DNA of 27,713 bases from Candidatus Krumholzibacteriia bacterium. Lineage in GTDB: Bacteria > Krumholzibacteriota > Krumholzibacteriia > WVZY01. Location: assembly GCA_036478295.1 (NCBI GenBank), contig JAZGDW010000168.1:1-27713 (forward strand). Direction: 5' to 3'. A program made the position numbers and the translations under genes. Positions 26,618 through 27,713 of the stretch are shown here, piece by piece. Within the stretch, counting starts at the first letter, position 1. Each line of letters opens with the position of its first letter. Below the pieces are notes generated by a model that searched no databases, was not told the DNA's origin, and saw only the letters and a list, made by a program, of their open reading frames with translations.

Positions 26618-26631
26618 TTGAGTTTCGTCAA
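26618..26631 (-). promoter_or_regulatory. FNR/Crp-family-like box TTGAC-GAAA-CTCAA (minus strand) upstream of the lyase gene
   Basis: 8/10 match to the FNR consensus; -10-like TATATT at 26593-26588 on the minus strand. Confidence 0.45.
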
Positions 26632-26881
26632 GAACTGCGCAACGCCGTCCCGCTCACGGGCCGCTGGCGGCCGGCGCGCCCGAGCTCTCACGACATCCGG
26701 CGTCACTCCCGGCCCACGACGCGGAAATCTTGGCCGCCCAGATTAACGGCGTACGGGCTCCTCTTGGTTCGGAACTTGCTCATTGCTTTTCCGATTCAGG
26801 AGGAGCTTCTCGTTTTGGGAAGCCCACCGCTGCTTTAACTGGTTGTGGCAGCGTCAAATACTCTTTTCAGGAGGGACTAGT

Positions 26882-27448
26882 ATGAAGCGACTTACGGCAC
26901 TAACCCTGTTCGTCTTCATATGCATTTTTGCTTGTTCGCAGGCATTCGCGCAAGCGGACGTGGGCCTTAAAGGCGCCGGTCTGAAGATCGGTATCGTGGG
27001 ACCGGAGGACGTCGACGCCACGGTTGGATTCGCAGCCTTCGCCGATCTTGGCCAGCTTACGCCAAACATCATGTGGGAGATGTATATCGACTATTGGAAA
27101 CAGTCGGAGAATCTCTTCTTGGGTGGCGAGTTCTCGATCCGCGACATCACCTGGGGTTCCAGGGCCAAGTGGATGTTCCCGGTCTCGAATCCGAAGGTCA
27201 GGCCGTTTGCCGGCGCAGGTCTCGGAATGCACTTTATCAACGTGCAACTGGACATTCCGGCCGACCTCATCCTGGGGATACCCGCGTTCACCCTGGAGGA
27301 TTCGTCCACCAAGGTTGGCCTCGATATCGGTGGTGGCGTTTCGGCCGCGATCAACGACAAAACGGACTTCATCGGCGAACTGTGGTATGGACTCGTCACA
27401 GACGTAAACCAGCTTACGCTGAATGTGGGTTTTCTCTACAAACTGTAG
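26882..27448 (+). CDS. Outer-membrane beta-barrel protein (OmpA/OmpW-like, about 8 strands)
   Basis: Signal peptide ending SQAFA; alternating beta-strand pattern, RPFAGAGLG, C-terminal LNVGFLYKL; GGAGGG RBS before ATG 26882. Confidence 0.85.
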   Translation: MKRLTALTLFVFICIFACSQAFAQADVGLKGAGLKIGIVGPEDVDATVGFAAFADLGQLTPNIMWEMYIDYWKQSENLFLGGEFSIRDITWGSRAKWMFPVSNPKVRPFAGAGLGMHFINVQLDIPADLILGIPAFTLEDSSTKVGLDIGGGVSAAINDKTDFIGELWYGLVTDVNQLTLNVGFLYKL

Positions 27449-27455
27449 TAGAGGG

Positions 27456-27713
27456 CTATTCGATAACTGGCCGCGCGGTCAGATGTGGCAGTAGCAGCGC
27501 CGAGTTCGTTTCGATGAAGTCGGCAATGATCGCCGCCACGACCGCGCTGCCGTGGGCTGTCAGATGATCATCGTCCAGAAAAAAGTCCGTGGGACTTTTC
27601 TTCTCTTCGGTGATCTTCTGTTTCAGGACCGGAAGTAGATCGATCGTCGGGACCCTGTGAACGCCCGCGTGCCGAAGCAGGATCTCTTGGGGCCCCGACC
27701 TGTGTTCCACGTC
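27456..27713 (-). CDS. SGNH/GDSL (AlgJ/AlgX-like) hydrolase, C-terminal fragment (truncated at window end)
   Basis: IDLLPVL...FFLDDDHLTAHGSAVVAAIIADFI matches the block V DxH(L)TxxG motif. Confidence 0.7.
   Translation of the reverse strand, partial: DVEHRSGPQEILLRHAGVHRVPTIDLLPVLKQKITEEKKSPTDFFLDDDHLTAHGSAVVAAIIADFIETNSALLLPHLTARPVIE

Overview
GC-rich bacterial chromosomal window, densely coding (28 genes or fragments). No rRNA, tRNA, CRISPR, phage or transposase was seen. Left part (1-8944): end of an acyl-CoA synthetase, then minus-strand genes for mostly exported hydrolases (cyclase/KynB family, PqqB-like metallo-beta-lactamase, M1 aminopeptidase lipoprotein, amidase), a YfcC-family transporter split by a 1-nt frameshift and an FprA-like ferredoxin-NADP+ reductase. 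Middle part (9122-18706) is the most interesting: a candidate phospho-sphingolipid (or related aminolipid) biosynthesis locus. It has an SPT-like alpha-oxoamine synthase, an acetoacetate-decarboxylase-fold protein and a DAGK/sphingosine-kinase-like kinase, divergent from a PlsC-like acyltransferase, a Tam41-like cytidylyltransferase and a CDP-alcohol phosphotransferase. Next to these lie an exported TPR protein, a radical SAM enzyme and a DedA/VTT protein. A structured repeat region follows (18720-19050). Right part: proC, a 2-oxoacid:ferredoxin oxidoreductase operon whose delta subunit carries an inserted GltD/DsrL-like NAD(P)H flavoprotein, exported MsrA, a methionine gamma-lyase-like gene, an outer-membrane beta-barrel and a partial SGNH hydrolase. 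FNR-like TTGAC-N4-nTCAA boxes precede the oxidoreductase operon and the lyase. All calls come from motif recognition by eye; no database searches were run.
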